39,822 nt of DNA from a virus (taxonomy: Duplodnaviria > Heunggongvirae > Uroviricota > Caudoviricetes). The translations under genes were made by a program, and so were the position numbers. The notes under the pieces are model-generated. The model was not told the origin of the DNA. It saw only the letters and a list, made by a program, of their open reading frames with translations, and did not search any database. The stretch is taken from the IMG/VR virus record IMGVR_UViG_3300029581_000002; one strand, 5' to 3'. Numbering within the stretch: position 1 is the first letter of the stretch; the number at the start of each line of letters is the position of its first letter. Shown here piece by piece: positions 26,692 through 37,581 of the stretch.

Positions 26692-26994
26692 TTAAACAAT
26701 CTTGTAGGATGATTCAACATATTCGTAAAGCTCATCCAATGTGCTTATAATTTCTTTACCCTCTTCGTCATAGGCTTTTATATCTGGGTCTCCGGCTTTC
26801 TCGTAAACCCACCACATAATCCAGTCTATGCCTTCGTCAGTATAGTTCTCTTTAAATATAGCCATGGCTATACATTCAGCATTACTGACTATATCACTGT
26901 CAGCAATATCAATTCCCATTTCAGACAATTTGAAACATCTGGAGTTGATAGCTTCCAATGAATTTACTACTTCTATAAAGTTCCCTTTTACCAT
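26692..26994 (-). CDS. Hypothetical protein
   Basis: 100 aa; DWIMWWVYE...TLDELYEY. Confidence 0.7.
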   Translation of the reverse strand: MVKGNFIEVVNSLEAINSRCFKLSEMGIDIADSDIVSNAECIAMAIFKENYTDEGIDWIMWWVYEKAGDPDIKAYDEEGKEIISTLDELYEYVESSYKIV

Positions 26995-27185
26995 ATTACA
27001 CCTTTTAGTTGTTCTTGAATTTCATTAATAGTCTCACTGTCATAACCTCTAAGAAGGTCTCTATAGAAATCAAATACAGTTTCATATAGCTGACTTTTAT
27101 CCTCCTCTGATAGAGTGTTCCCTACCAGAGAAGTCAATAAGTCTGCCACCTTAGCGCTTATAGATATTGAAGTTTTGTTAATCAC
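26988..27185 (-). CDS. Hypothetical protein
   Basis: 65-aa ORF. Confidence 0.65.
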   Translation of the reverse strand: MINKTSISISAKVADLLTSLVGNTLSEEDKSQLYETVFDFYRDLLRGYDSETINEIQEQLKGVIW

Positions 27186-27433
27186 AGATACATCAATGCG
27201 TTAGATAGTATTTTAATTAACTCTGCATCAGAGAAATCATCTACATTTAATAGTGTTTCTCTAATAACAAAGACATCATCATCTGGTTGATAATGCTTCC
27301 GCATAATATCAATCACATCATCTTCATTCCTAATTAATGTACTTCTTTTATATGCAACGTCTGATTCGTCGCGATATTTAAAGAACTCCATTTTAGGTTC
27401 ACCTTGCTGCCTATATACTACAATGTAATTCAT
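27182..27433 (-). CDS. Hypothetical protein
   Basis: 83-aa ORF. Confidence 0.65.
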   Translation of the reverse strand: MNYIVVYRQQGEPKMEFFKYRDESDVAYKRSTLIRNEDDVIDIMRKHYQPDDDVFVIRETLLNVDDFSDAELIKILSNALMYL

Positions 27434-27435
27434 AC

Positions 27436-28644
27436 TTATTCATAGTCTCGGATGCACTTAAGTACTGGTTGTAATGGTCTGCCATCGTCAGAGTAGTAGA
27501 AATACTTGACAGTAGCCATTTTACCAATAAGTTCATCCATTCTGTCTAGATATTCATACTTAAGTTCTCTAGGTCCCATAGGCTTGGCTTCAAATTCCTT
27601 ACCAGCCTGAGTCTTACATATGAACACCATATCTTCAGGACGTAATCCGTCACTATAGCCAACAATCTCAAACTCGTCGTCTTGATACATTTTGACTTTA
27701 ATCATGGCATTAGTACGTCCTCCATAGTTATATGGTTTGTCCGGGTCTCTAATAACTATACCTTCAAACCCTTCGCTGACATATTTATCATGAAGCTTCT
27801 GAATGTTAGTCCACCCTACTACTTCCTCTTCTGGAACTATTCTAACCTTCAGGTCATCTTCATTCCAATTAGCATTAGGGTCAAAATCCACAATTCCAAG
27901 TATAGGAGCTATTTCGTCAGATATATAATTCCACCTTTCCTGTGCTGTCATATTAGCATCCATGGTATCATAGATGTAATATTCCAATTCATTGCAGCGG
28001 GATTCTCCAGATTCTAATCTTGCTGTACCACTTATATACTGCAAGCTTCGACCGTGAATGTAAAGTTCACCATCGAGAACCAAATCTGGCATCTTATTAA
28101 ATAACTCTATCATCTTGGGATGTGTTCTTAGGTGTACTGTAGAAGCGTCATAATCGCCACCTCCCCGACTAGCAGATACTATCTCTCCGTCCTTTAGATA
28201 GAAAGAACATCTGACACCGTCTATCTTACGAGAACCTAGCCAGTACTTGATTTTATCAAATACCTTAGTAGCTACCTCCTCGTACTTCTTGGCTTTCATA
28301 TGCTTCTTAAATCCATTTGAATCAGTAACACCCTCACCTAGGTGTTCTTCAACAAATGCTGCAACTGCCTTCGCATCCTCTATGTTAACAGAGGATGGAA
28401 GTAGCTTATAACCCTTATCTGTATACTTCTTTAGATGAGAATTGTACTCTAACTTAGCCTGTTCTGCAACAGTCCTTTTGGCTTTGCCTTGGAATATCCA
28501 TATCTCTGGCTGCACAGTTACTTTGCCACCATACTGATAAGTCTTTCTTCTTATAACAAAGCCATGTTGGGCATCATCCCATTCGCAACTAATCTCGACT
28601 ACTCTAGTTTTACCCTTGTTGTCTTTAGTTACTAATTTATCCAT
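27436..28644 (-). CDS. ATP-dependent DNA ligase
   Basis: KIDGVR (motif I), LDGELY, YIYD, FEGIVIR, KVK, C-terminal OB domain (TVKYF...PLQP...IRD). Confidence 0.92.
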   Translation of the reverse strand: MDKLVTKDNKGKTRVVEISCEWDDAQHGFVIRRKTYQYGGKVTVQPEIWIFQGKAKRTVAEQAKLEYNSHLKKYTDKGYKLLPSSVNIEDAKAVAAFVEEHLGEGVTDSNGFKKHMKAKKYEEVATKVFDKIKYWLGSRKIDGVRCSFYLKDGEIVSASRGGGDYDASTVHLRTHPKMIELFNKMPDLVLDGELYIHGRSLQYISGTARLESGESRCNELEYYIYDTMDANMTAQERWNYISDEIAPILGIVDFDPNANWNEDDLKVRIVPEEEVVGWTNIQKLHDKYVSEGFEGIVIRDPDKPYNYGGRTNAMIKVKMYQDDEFEIVGYSDGLRPEDMVFICKTQAGKEFEAKPMGPRELKYEYLDRMDELIGKMATVKYFYYSDDGRPLQPVLKCIRDYE

Positions 28645-28795
28645 TTAAGATTTCAAAAGCCCTCATTGCACCTTCGATATAATCTGCGGCAATTGCTTCC
28701 ACTGCATCGTCATGTTCATCTGCATCACACACGCAAGATTTAGCATACTGTTCAGCGTCTTTCTCAATGGTTTCTACAAATTCTTCGTAATTCAT
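28637..28795 (-). CDS. Hypothetical 52-aa acidic protein missed by the ORF track (MNYEEFVETIEKDAEQY...EILNG)
   Basis: Translated by hand; fills the gap and overlaps the ligase start. Confidence 0.65.
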   Translation of the reverse strand: MNYEEFVETIEKDAEQYAKSCVCDADEHDDAVEAIAADYIEGAMRAFEILNG

Positions 28796-28806
28796 AATTT
28801 GTTGTT

Positions 28807-29028
28807 TTATACGTCAGTGTCTAAATCATCTACAGTTAAAGGCTTATTACACTCTTGAATAAGGTTTCTAGCCAATTCGTCCTGTTTAGCTTTCAATTCC
28901 TTAATCTTCTCCATAGTCTCACTCATCGCCTTCGCATGATTAGCATAGGCATTATTAAGTGTCTGGATTTCCAATCCTATATCGGATATGGCTTTACTCT
29001 TCTCGATTACTTCTACTGTACTTATCAT
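28807..29028 (-). CDS. Small coiled-coil protein
   Basis: 73 aa, heptad-like. Confidence 0.65.
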   Translation of the reverse strand: MISTVEVIEKSKAISDIGLEIQTLNNAYANHAKAMSETMEKIKELKAKQDELARNLIQECNKPLTVDDLDTDV

Positions 29029-29561
29029 TTCTCACCAGTATGCCCAAATCCACCTTTACGCTCTGTTTCATCTAATCTAGCAACTTCTTCCCATTCAGCC
29101 TTAGCTACAGTTGTGAATACCAATTGAGCTATACGTTCTTTATCCTCAATCCATACTGCTTCATGTCCTTGATTAATAAGAATAACGTGTATTTCATTCC
29201 TATAATCTGCATCTACAGTGCCAGGTGTATTTAATACAGTAATTCCCTTCTTTAAAGCTAAGCCACTCCTAGGTCTTACTTGGCACTCATAAATAAACTC
29301 GCAATCTGAATCAGTAGTGGGGAGAGCAATCTTTAATCCAGTCGGGATAAGTGCTCTAGCTCCCGGGTCAAGACGCAGCATAGTTACTTTATTGCCGTCC
29401 ATTTTAGGTGATGCAAACACAACTTCGCAATCACCATAAGCTTTAATAGGATTGTCAACTGTTACTCTACTGAAGTCTGCACGTATATCCATACCTGCTG
29501 ACATAGGAGTTTCATACTGGGGAAGTTTGTTATTCGATAGATTAATTACTTGAACTTTCAT
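29025..29561 (-). CDS. dut: Trimeric dUTPase
   Basis: [37 protein letters not shown]; likely start MKVQVIN at 29561. Confidence 0.95.
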   Translation of the reverse strand: MKVQVINLSNNKLPQYETPMSAGMDIRADFSRVTVDNPIKAYGDCEVVFASPKMDGNKVTMLRLDPGARALIPTGLKIALPTTDSDCEFIYECQVRPRSGLALKKGITVLNTPGTVDADYRNEIHVILINQGHEAVWIEDKERIAQLVFTTVAKAEWEEVARLDETERKGGFGHTGEK

Positions 29562-30066
29562 TGAACGTAAATGCATAAATTGAGTTTATAGTTGTGAATC
29601 TTTTATTCTCCCAGTCAATCTCAATTACATTAGATGTCTTGAACCATCTATCATTCGAATTAAGTTCTAAAGGAGCACCTTCTATAAATGCTTTAGTATA
29701 TCCAGACTCCTTATGACCTTCTTCAATTCTAACGTTATTGGTTCCCAACACTTTGGTGATAGTCATAAAGCCCTTCTTACCATTGGTAGCAAAGTAGTCT
29801 TGCAGCCAAGTATGTACATGATTTGCATTACATTCACCAGCTTCTGTATAGAAAGCTTTGATTAATGTATCGTTATCATCATATACAGCCAAGAAAGGAT
29901 TCTCTCTAGCACTACAGCTCCCTTTAATCTTGAAAGCCTTCTTGCGTTCCTTATAATGATTCACGTCATAAGTTTCAAAATTAAATACGTAACCGTTCAT
30001 TGTTGATAGTGCGTCCTTAAATGCATCAGGACGTTGGCTATCATAAACATACCTAAATGTTAGCAT
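29542..30066 (-). CDS. Hypothetical protein (possible thioredoxin-like N-domain without CxxC)
   Basis: 174-aa ORF; fold guess is weak. Confidence 0.6.
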   Translation of the reverse strand: MLTFRYVYDSQRPDAFKDALSTMNGYVFNFETYDVNHYKERKKAFKIKGSCSARENPFLAVYDDNDTLIKAFYTEAGECNANHVHTWLQDYFATNGKKGFMTITKVLGTNNVRIEEGHKESGYTKAFIEGAPLELNSNDRWFKTSNVIEIDWENKRFTTINSIYAFTFNESSSN

Positions 30067-30458
30067 TCAACAATATAGTATTTAGGAAATAATATTCCAT
30101 CTAGTTCCAGCTCTACTTCTTGAACAACATCAAATACATCAAATATGTCATTATAGTAAGCTGCTGCCATTTCCTCATCAGTGATTCTAGTAATGGCATT
30201 ATCTATCGACTGGTCAGCTAATTTGCTAGCTAACATTCTACGATAGTTATCAACGATTCTACATGCCTCGTGTTCAGTTAATATGTAGAATATCTTACCA
30301 TTTATATGATATTCATATATTCCTGGCCATATGCTCTCTTCCTCTGTACAAAGAGTGTATACTTCTGGCATGTCTAGTTTATAAGCTACCATGTATAATC
30401 GTTCTGGATGTTCAAATCCTCTACATAGAGCTTCGTTTACAAAATCTGAGTAATTCAT
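30060..30458 (-). CDS. Hypothetical protein
   Basis: 132-aa ORF. Confidence 0.7.
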   Translation of the reverse strand: MNYSDFVNEALCRGFEHPERLYMVAYKLDMPEVYTLCTEEESIWPGIYEYHINGKIFYILTEHEACRIVDNYRRMLASKLADQSIDNAITRITDEEMAAAYYNDIFDVFDVVQEVELELDGILFPKYYIVEC

Positions 30459-30463
30459 AGGTA

Positions 30464-31828
30464 TTAAGTCAATACATAAGCATCTGTTTTAGTTCTTGAT
30501 AAAGATACATATTGAAGCTGTCGTAGTTCTAATAAGTCTCTATCCAACTTAAGATTACCGGTATCTACAAACACATTATTGTAAGAGCTGCCTTGACTCC
30601 TATGTGCTGTTATAGCGTATCCATAATCAAAAGTTTGTGGCTTAATTACTCTATTATCAAATAACAGTGGTACTGGGGTTGCAAAGGACTTAGTCATGTC
30701 AAAATACTTACCCCATAAATATCCAGATTTAGTTCTATTACCCCACCTTTTCGCCTGTATAGCATCTAGCCTTATAGACTCAATCTGTTGTGCCAAAGTT
30801 TGCAGGTAGTCTGGATTTATGTCTGTTGGGTCTATTATGAATACGTCTAATAGCCGTCTATCAACGCTATCATATAATCCCAATTCGAACCCTGGAAGTC
30901 TAGTAAAATGAGGTACATTCCTAGTGGTTCTTCTAATGCTTGTAATTATATAGTCTGAAGAGTTAAAGAACATTTCTCCATTATATTCAAAGTTCTCACA
31001 GCCAGTTAGAAACTCGAATTTATGATAAGGTTCATTGTCATTGTATAGTATTCTGCGTATACAATCATTGAATCCTTTAACTCGCTTATTAGTATAAGCT
31101 ATCAGCTTAGTATAATTTACATCATTATGCTTTATTCCATGATTAATCTTATTAGCTGCATCAACCATAAACTGCTTAGTGTCATTATAACAAATGAGAG
31201 AACCCTTCTCTCCCATTCGAGTTTCGAATTTAGATATAGGATTCTCTCTTAATGTTAATAATATTGGTGCTAATGCTGTATTCTCGTCTTGCCTAAATAT
31301 CTTGGTTAGACGGACAACATTTTCATGACTAAACACTTTACTAAGACCTCCGTTCTTAACTGGGGCAATCTGTGCAACATCCCCTATAAATAAGATTTTG
31401 CACTGATGTGTTTCACAATAGTCTACAAGTAAATCATAAAGTTCATCACTAACCATAGATGCCTCATCAATGATTATTAGTCCTTTGTTTGGAATGTCTC
31501 CCATACCATCGGAATAGAACTTCAAGTCTTTATAGTCTAAATTAAATATATCCAGTTTAGGGGAAAGTGCTAGCAGTTTATGTAATGTAGTAGCTCTATA
31601 GCCAGTAGCCATTTCAAGTACTGCTTTGGCTTTATGAGTAGGAGCACACAACTTAAAGAATCTACAACCTCTAGTACTATCTAGATATTGTACAAATTCA
31701 TTCATAACAGCTGTCTTACCTACTCCTGCATAGCCAGTAAGAACTAATATCCTATCTGGACTATCTAAAAACCTAATCATTCTATCTATAGCATATAGCT
31801 GTTCGTCTGACCAAGCTATTGTACTCAT
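30464..31828 (-). CDS. Dda/RecD-like SF1B DNA helicase
   Basis: GYAGVGKT, APTHKA, IIDEASM, GDVAQIAPV, FRQ, YAITAHRSQGS, YVSLSR. Confidence 0.9.
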   Translation of the reverse strand: MSTIAWSDEQLYAIDRMIRFLDSPDRILVLTGYAGVGKTAVMNEFVQYLDSTRGCRFFKLCAPTHKAKAVLEMATGYRATTLHKLLALSPKLDIFNLDYKDLKFYSDGMGDIPNKGLIIIDEASMVSDELYDLLVDYCETHQCKILFIGDVAQIAPVKNGGLSKVFSHENVVRLTKIFRQDENTALAPILLTLRENPISKFETRMGEKGSLICYNDTKQFMVDAANKINHGIKHNDVNYTKLIAYTNKRVKGFNDCIRRILYNDNEPYHKFEFLTGCENFEYNGEMFFNSSDYIITSIRRTTRNVPHFTRLPGFELGLYDSVDRRLLDVFIIDPTDINPDYLQTLAQQIESIRLDAIQAKRWGNRTKSGYLWGKYFDMTKSFATPVPLLFDNRVIKPQTFDYGYAITAHRSQGSSYNNVFVDTGNLKLDRDLLELRQLQYVSLSRTKTDAYVLT

Positions 31829-32406
31829 AGTTCTCTATTCCAAAATCTAAAGGTAATATCCTTTAATTTAGGACCGTCATCAGTCATTATCGTTTTATAT
31901 AATCTCTGATTGGTATTTGGATTATCAAGTGGTCCACATTCCTCTATGTAAGGTCCTAACTTGATGTAATCGAAATTGTACAAATCAATTTCATCTGCCA
32001 ATGTAGCTCTACCACTATACCACCCAATCTTTATATCAAGTGGTACTGTTTGCTGCCATTCCATTTCTGTTTCGGCAGGAATGGTTACTTTGGGAAACCT
32101 AATTTCCTTATGAATAGTAAACTTATCAGCCGTTTTAGTGGTAGTTAACGTCCTTACTAATCCAGCATAGTGATTAATGAGCTTAGGGTCGTTATCGCCA
32201 CCCATAAAGCAAATGGCAGTAATTCCCTTATTCTCATTAATAAGCTTCTCTATTCTAGCAATAGTCAGGACTTCCCCAACGTCTCCTGCCAAGTAAGAGC
32301 TATGACAGCCGTTGCAGTGACATGGACAATTGGATATGTTTATGGCTAGTGTAGTCTCGTCAGGAATTTCCCTGAAGACTATATCGAAACCTACATATTT
32401 AAGCAT
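31825..32406 (-). CDS. nrdG: Anaerobic ribonucleotide reductase activating enzyme (radical SAM)
   Basis: CPCHCNGCHS (CxxxCxxC), FMGGD, YIKLGPY, TNQRLY; adjacent to nrdD. Confidence 0.92.
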   Translation of the reverse strand: MLKYVGFDIVFREIPDETTLAINISNCPCHCNGCHSSYLAGDVGEVLTIARIEKLINENKGITAICFMGGDNDPKLINHYAGLVRTLTTTKTADKFTIHKEIRFPKVTIPAETEMEWQQTVPLDIKIGWYSGRATLADEIDLYNFDYIKLGPYIEECGPLDNPNTNQRLYKTIMTDDGPKLKDITFRFWNREL

Positions 32407-34465
32407 GAGTGTAAAATCTTCTACTAGCTTCCTCCTGTCTTGCCTGACTGAAGTTACTAATACGTTTCAAATAACCAATAACTCTAGTAGCATAATCAAC
32501 GTTCTTACTCCCACATTTTGGACATTCCTTGAGATACCTTTTATCAATATGTCCACAATCATTACAAATAGTATTTGGAATATTAAATGTGAAATAATTA
32601 GTACCATTGACTGCTGCCACTCTCAACAAGTTACGATACTGTTCCTTACTAAGATGTTCATCGAGATTCATATGCAATGCACTACCTCCGTCTAAGTATT
32701 GTACATATTCCTTGCCATGTAATTTGAACTTGTCAAGTACGGTAAGAGATGTGTCTTCAACAGCATAGAAATAGCTATTATAGCAATCTCTAGGAACTAC
32801 ATAACCTGCTTTCCTGTCCCAATTAGCATGTTTAACCCCAAGGTTCTCTGCTGGAACAAATTCTGTGTTAAACATTAACTCCTTAGTTCTCGCTTTACGA
32901 TTTTCATCACTGATAGTTTTAAGGATAGATTGCATAAACTCTCTATAAGTTGGATTATCATTAACTGGGATTCCTAAGAACTCCGCAGCCTCAATAACTC
33001 CATTAACACCTATAGTCAAATACTGCTTCTTCATATCAATGAATCCAGCTGTATATACAGTAAGCAACCCGTCTTTTAAATAGTCTTTAAGCAATTCATT
33101 ATATGCTGTTTGGAACTTATGAACTTTCTTCACATTCTCACGCAAATACTCAATCATATCATACCCATTATTAACTGCATCCTGAACTAGCCTATTGATA
33201 TTTAAGGTCATTACTGACTTACTACCAGTAGCAATACCACCAGCTCCAAGAGAATAACTGAATTGATTATCAGTAACCTCATTACGAAGTCTGCAACAGG
33301 AAGATAAGGAATCAGGACTATCGGACATATAAGTAAAGAACGAGTGTCCTTTGCTATACATCTCTGCTGTAAAGTCTGCATACTCTTCATCAACAACATC
33401 CTCTCCGTTAGTTAGAAGCGCCATGGTCTCAACAGGGAATGTAAGAATACACTTAGTACGTTCCTCATTAAACCATTTAGCAAATTTCTTCTGCAACCAA
33501 CTAAGAGATTCCCATTGAGGTTGTGTACCGTCTGGGAAATAGAACTCTCCAAAGATACCTTCAAAGTAGTTCTTATCAAAATAACTGATATTCCAGAATA
33601 CTGATTGGAAGTTACGAGCAGCTGCTGGCTGATTAATTGAATATACAATCTGCTGGAACTTCTGCTCTAACGTCTTGTCAATATTTCTGTGTTTGTCAAC
33701 CATTTCCTCTGGACGTTTCCAGTAATCATCACCCCACTCTTTACGAGCAAAGTAATCAAAGTACATTAGAAACTCTCCAGTTGCTACTGCACCTGCAAAT
33801 TGAGAACTAATCGCAAATACCAGATTAACGAACATGCCACAGAAAGAATCCAGGTTCTTGGGTCTGGCAGACAAACCTCCAATTGGCTGTAACCCCTCCA
33901 ATAGAAAGGGATACATAGTGATAGCCACGCAGTAGGGCATAATCGATGTTTCATCATGCTTATAAAGTAAATGTTGTTCCAGCATACGGATATATTCCTT
34001 AGCTAGCTCCTCTCCATATAACTCTCTGATTTTATCAGTAAGAATTGCACGATTTACCTTAATAACATCACCTTTGAACAATTCTCCATTTAAGGTTACA
34101 ATGTTCTTCTCGGTAACATTAGCATTAGCATCGTATTTACTACCAGTTGCGGCATTCTTGGCTTTGGCATAGTCTTTAATGAATTGTTTCTTTTCATTTA
34201 AAGCCCTGCTCTCTGCTCTTTTACGCCTGTACAAGATGAATGCCTTAGCAACATCATAATAATCACATGCCATAAGAGCTTTCTCTAACTGGTCTTGAAG
34301 CTCCTCAACTGAAACTATGTTGTTAATATACAACTCATCTTTAATATCCTGAAGAATATCAGAATCAATTGGTTCGTTAACAGCGTTAAATGCCTTAGTA
34401 ATTGCGGCATCAATCTTATTAACGTCGAAAGGTTCTACTTTTTTGTCTCTCTTAATTACTAACAT
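32399..34465 (-). CDS. nrdD: Class III anaerobic ribonucleoside-triphosphate reductase with ATP cone
   Basis: VIKRD ATP cone, YKHD, SSCCRL, PAENL, CxxC..CxxC, RVIGYL glycyl-radical motif. Confidence 0.95.
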   Translation of the reverse strand: MLVIKRDKKVEPFDVNKIDAAITKAFNAVNEPIDSDILQDIKDELYINNIVSVEELQDQLEKALMACDYYDVAKAFILYRRKRAESRALNEKKQFIKDYAKAKNAATGSKYDANANVTEKNIVTLNGELFKGDVIKVNRAILTDKIRELYGEELAKEYIRMLEQHLLYKHDETSIMPYCVAITMYPFLLEGLQPIGGLSARPKNLDSFCGMFVNLVFAISSQFAGAVATGEFLMYFDYFARKEWGDDYWKRPEEMVDKHRNIDKTLEQKFQQIVYSINQPAAARNFQSVFWNISYFDKNYFEGIFGEFYFPDGTQPQWESLSWLQKKFAKWFNEERTKCILTFPVETMALLTNGEDVVDEEYADFTAEMYSKGHSFFTYMSDSPDSLSSCCRLRNEVTDNQFSYSLGAGGIATGSKSVMTLNINRLVQDAVNNGYDMIEYLRENVKKVHKFQTAYNELLKDYLKDGLLTVYTAGFIDMKKQYLTIGVNGVIEAAEFLGIPVNDNPTYREFMQSILKTISDENRKARTKELMFNTEFVPAENLGVKHANWDRKAGYVVPRDCYNSYFYAVEDTSLTVLDKFKLHGKEYVQYLDGGSALHMNLDEHLSKEQYRNLLRVAAVNGTNYFTFNIPNTICNDCGHIDKRYLKECPKCGSKNVDYATRVIGYLKRISNFSQARQEEASRRFYTHA

Positions 34466-34468
34466 TAA

Positions 34469-35248
34469 TTAGAAGTTTAATATGTTTCTTAGTAATAGAG
34501 TCTTCTCTGCTCTATTCATCAAATCTTTACCCTTGTCATTACTAATTAGCTGCGTAAATGCATTGTACACAGTAAACATATCCACCTCATTACCCACTCC
34601 AATATAATATGAAGAATCTGGGTCCTCAAACATAGAACTATACGCCTTAGTAACAAGGTCTGTTCCTATCTTGACATCTCCATAACCTACATTATAAACC
34701 ATATGCATAGCATTTCTTTGCCATTTGCCTAAGTTTAAACTTACTAAATCGTCTTCAGCTTTCCATGTAGTATTATGAAGATTCTCCAACATCAGCTTTA
34801 TATCAGAAGTCTGACTTAATAAATACTCTACAGCTTTATAATTCAAGGCTTCTTCTGGATTAACTGGCTGCATTTGAAGAAATTCTGGGTCAAATACACA
34901 GAGATTTGTACATGCTCTGTTAAGTGCCCCTCTATAAATCTTGGCTACTGGCTTACGAACATCTAGTCCGTAGACCATGCCAATAACTTCATCATGATTG
35001 TCAAAGCTGCAACTCTCTGGCATTACAGCTTGAATCAATACACGATTATATGTAATATCATCTGCATTAACATCTCCATCGACTGTCCTAGTGACCTGTT
35101 TAGGCAATTCTACTTCAACTATAAAGTCTTTAGTAAACTTGGACATTCTTTCAATAAAAGGCTCTACATAGGCAGCAGTTGGTAAATATGCTCTCTTACC
35201 TATTCTAGTAGCCTTACCATTCATGAGTTGGTCAATACTTATTTGCAT
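34469..35248 (-). CDS. DUF932-like protein
   Basis: G...RACTN.C motif and YNAFTQ helix. Confidence 0.55.
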   Translation of the reverse strand: MQISIDQLMNGKATRIGKRAYLPTAAYVEPFIERMSKFTKDFIVEVELPKQVTRTVDGDVNADDITYNRVLIQAVMPESCSFDNHDEVIGMVYGLDVRKPVAKIYRGALNRACTNLCVFDPEFLQMQPVNPEEALNYKAVEYLLSQTSDIKLMLENLHNTTWKAEDDLVSLNLGKWQRNAMHMVYNVGYGDVKIGTDLVTKAYSSMFEDPDSSYYIGVGNEVDMFTVYNAFTQLISNDKGKDLMNRAEKTLLLRNILNF

Positions 35249-35252
35249 TTAA

Positions 35253-36002
35253 TTACAAGTAATATATAGTCATTGTTTCTAATAACTTGACTGCTTCCGC
35301 AAGCTTAGCTATAATTCTAATAGCTGCTCCATTACCTCCTGCCAATATATCAGCAGCAGCTAATTCCTTCATTGTTAACTTTCCATTAGATGCATCATAT
35401 AACGCCAATGCATTATGTAAGGCATCAGCATTATATATTCTGTCCTTGTTCTTCTTTAAGAGCTCAAGGTACGGGTGTAATATGGAATAGCCTATTGGTT
35501 TATAATCTTCTCCATAAAACACTTTCCCATCAAACTTTATTATCCTAACCTTTCTATTGGTAAAGGCACTTGAAAACAAACTAACGGACAAATCCAAGTG
35601 GTCAGCTGGTCTGAATTTCTCTAATGGAGTTTTAACTTTACCTTTAAGGTAATATACCTCATCTTCAGACACTACTATAATACCACCATCTTTACAAAGG
35701 AACTCTTCCTTAGAGGATGTTTCATCCTTAGAGAATACCTCATCTAGAAGAGAATCAACACGTTGATTTATAGACTTGGCTTCTCCTTTACCAATAATTG
35801 GAATCTTTCCGATAGAAGTATCTATAGCTTTAGAGCAATCAATTTCTATGGTTAAACATTTCCTAAATTCCGATTCGGCTGCCTTCTGCTTAAGTCTTGC
35901 TTCCTGTAACAGACTGGTCAGTCTGTCTACTTCTAGAGTACATTCCTTATACTTGGAAGCAGAATCTATTACATGTTGGGCAAATTCCGGTGTTAAATCC
36001 AT
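35253..36002 (-). CDS. Hypothetical protein
   Basis: 249-aa ORF with N-terminal coiled coil. Confidence 0.7.
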   Translation of the reverse strand: MDLTPEFAQHVIDSASKYKECTLEVDRLTSLLQEARLKQKAAESEFRKCLTIEIDCSKAIDTSIGKIPIIGKGEAKSINQRVDSLLDEVFSKDETSSKEEFLCKDGGIIVVSEDEVYYLKGKVKTPLEKFRPADHLDLSVSLFSSAFTNRKVRIIKFDGKVFYGEDYKPIGYSILHPYLELLKKNKDRIYNADALHNALALYDASNGKLTMKELAAADILAGGNGAAIRIIAKLAEAVKLLETMTIYYL

Positions 36003-36012
36003 AAATTATAGT

Positions 36013-37581
36013 TTATTGTAACATGATACGACCATCTGTAATGTTCTTTCCATCTACAATACTATAATCACAACATGCAAGTGTATTTCCAAAATTCTTG
36101 TGAATCCATTCGGAACTTCCAAATAATGAACCAACTGACTTATAGGTAAATCTTCTACCATAAGTAGTGGCTGACTGATGTAAATCTCCTTTTACAAAGA
36201 CTACATTACCAGTGATGCCCTTATTGTCCAAATATTCATTGATGAAATTCTCTGTCTTCACGTCAAGAGTTAATGGTAGATTCTTGAACATGTCTTTATT
36301 ATCTTTACCATGACACATTACATAGGTAGTTTCATTAAGAGTAAACTCTCCTATGAACTTGTCAAATACTTGACATTTAACATCAAACTGTTCTAATACA
36401 GCAGCTAATGCCAAGTTAGCAGCATAACCAAAATCACCATCATGATTGGACTCGCCAACACAATAATAATACATATTGGTATGCTTTACATTCTCTATCA
36501 GAGATTTAACAAAGCTAGTCATTAACTTAATATAAGTTTGCAATTGCTCCTTATTGCTCATGTTTTGAGCCAGTTCATGACCACCTCTTGTAGTTTGTCC
36601 ATTATATCCGTCAAGGGAATCTCCAAGATTGCAGATAACTATATTCTCAAACCCACCACCAATGTAATAAGCTTCAGTATATACTCTCTTTATAATCATG
36701 TCAAATCTCTTCTTCATTTCTTCTTCGTTATAAGGATTCTGATAAATAGATAGAGGAGACACTGTGGCTCCAGTATGAATATCAGACAACCATATGATTA
36801 GGTCTTTGCCGTTAGAAATTGTCGGCATACGTCCCCAGTCATACAGATTATTGAAGTCTAGCCCTTCTATAAGAGCTTTGCCGTCAGCTATTTTAGCTTT
36901 CAGTTCGGCATTCTCCATGGCATACTTCTTAAGTAGTCGCTCGTTATTCTTGATGCGTTCTGCTTCTATGCCCCTTAGGAAGTCATTCTCCTTCTCCCTT
37001 AGTTGCATATCTTTAAGCTCGTCAATAGTATTCTCCTCAATAACATGAGGAGCAAATGGTGCTGCGGCTTTAGTAATATTGAAGACTTTGAGAATCTTCT
37101 TAAACTCCTCTAGAGAATATTCAGGGAAGCTACGACTTACTTCTCTTTGTGTTATGGATGAACCATAATAAGAGTAAAGTCTATGAATCATATTCATTTC
37201 ATCCCTAGTAAGACTGCCAGTAAATGGTGCTTTGTCTCTTAGCGGGATAGTGAATTGATACTTAACAATCTTACCTTCATCATTTCTGACCAATGTAATC
37301 TTGCCAGTACTAGTTTCCTCCTCTTCAGAAGATGTCACTTCTTCCGATTTAGAACGACGTATAATACCTCTCTTGCTAACCTTGTCATACAGACTCATTA
37401 TCATGTCGTAGGATTCCTTGTCGATACTGCCATCAGCTATATCTTTGTTTACTACCTGTTTCTTTACCCAGAAGTAATTCTGTGGAAGACCTACTTGTTC
37501 TGCATATGCATTTAAACTAATGTTCTGTTTTAAAACTTCTTGTAAGTGATTGATTAGCTTGGTAATTGTTGTTTCTCTCAT
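36013..37581 (-). CDS. Large calcineurin-like phosphoesterase/nuclease with N-terminal helical (HTH-like) and coiled-coil regions
   Basis: SDIHTG, LGDSLDG, SNHDG, CHG, GDLHQ in the C-terminal half. Confidence 0.8.
   Translation of the reverse strand: MRETTITKLINHLQEVLKQNISLNAYAEQVGLPQNYFWVKKQVVNKDIADGSIDKESYDMIMSLYDKVSKRGIIRRSKSEEVTSSEEEETSTGKITLVRNDEGKIVKYQFTIPLRDKAPFTGSLTRDEMNMIHRLYSYYGSSITQREVSRSFPEYSLEEFKKILKVFNITKAAAPFAPHVIEENTIDELKDMQLREKENDFLRGIEAERIKNNERLLKKYAMENAELKAKIADGKALIEGLDFNNLYDWGRMPTISNGKDLIIWLSDIHTGATVSPLSIYQNPYNEEEMKKRFDMIIKRVYTEAYYIGGGFENIVICNLGDSLDGYNGQTTRGGHELAQNMSNKEQLQTYIKLMTSFVKSLIENVKHTNMYYYCVGESNHDGDFGYAANLALAAVLEQFDVKCQVFDKFIGEFTLNETTYVMCHGKDNKDMFKNLPLTLDVKTENFINEYLDNKGITGNVVFVKGDLHQSATTYGRRFTYKSVGSLFGSSEWIHKNFGNTLACCDYSIVDGKNITDGRIMLQ

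Noticed and set aside
17819..34465. Inteins, group I introns or homing endonucleases in polA, ligase, helicase or nrdD
   Set aside because: The ORFs are continuous and of normal length; no intein C...HN termini or HNH/GIY-YIG/LAGLIDADG ORFs were seen.
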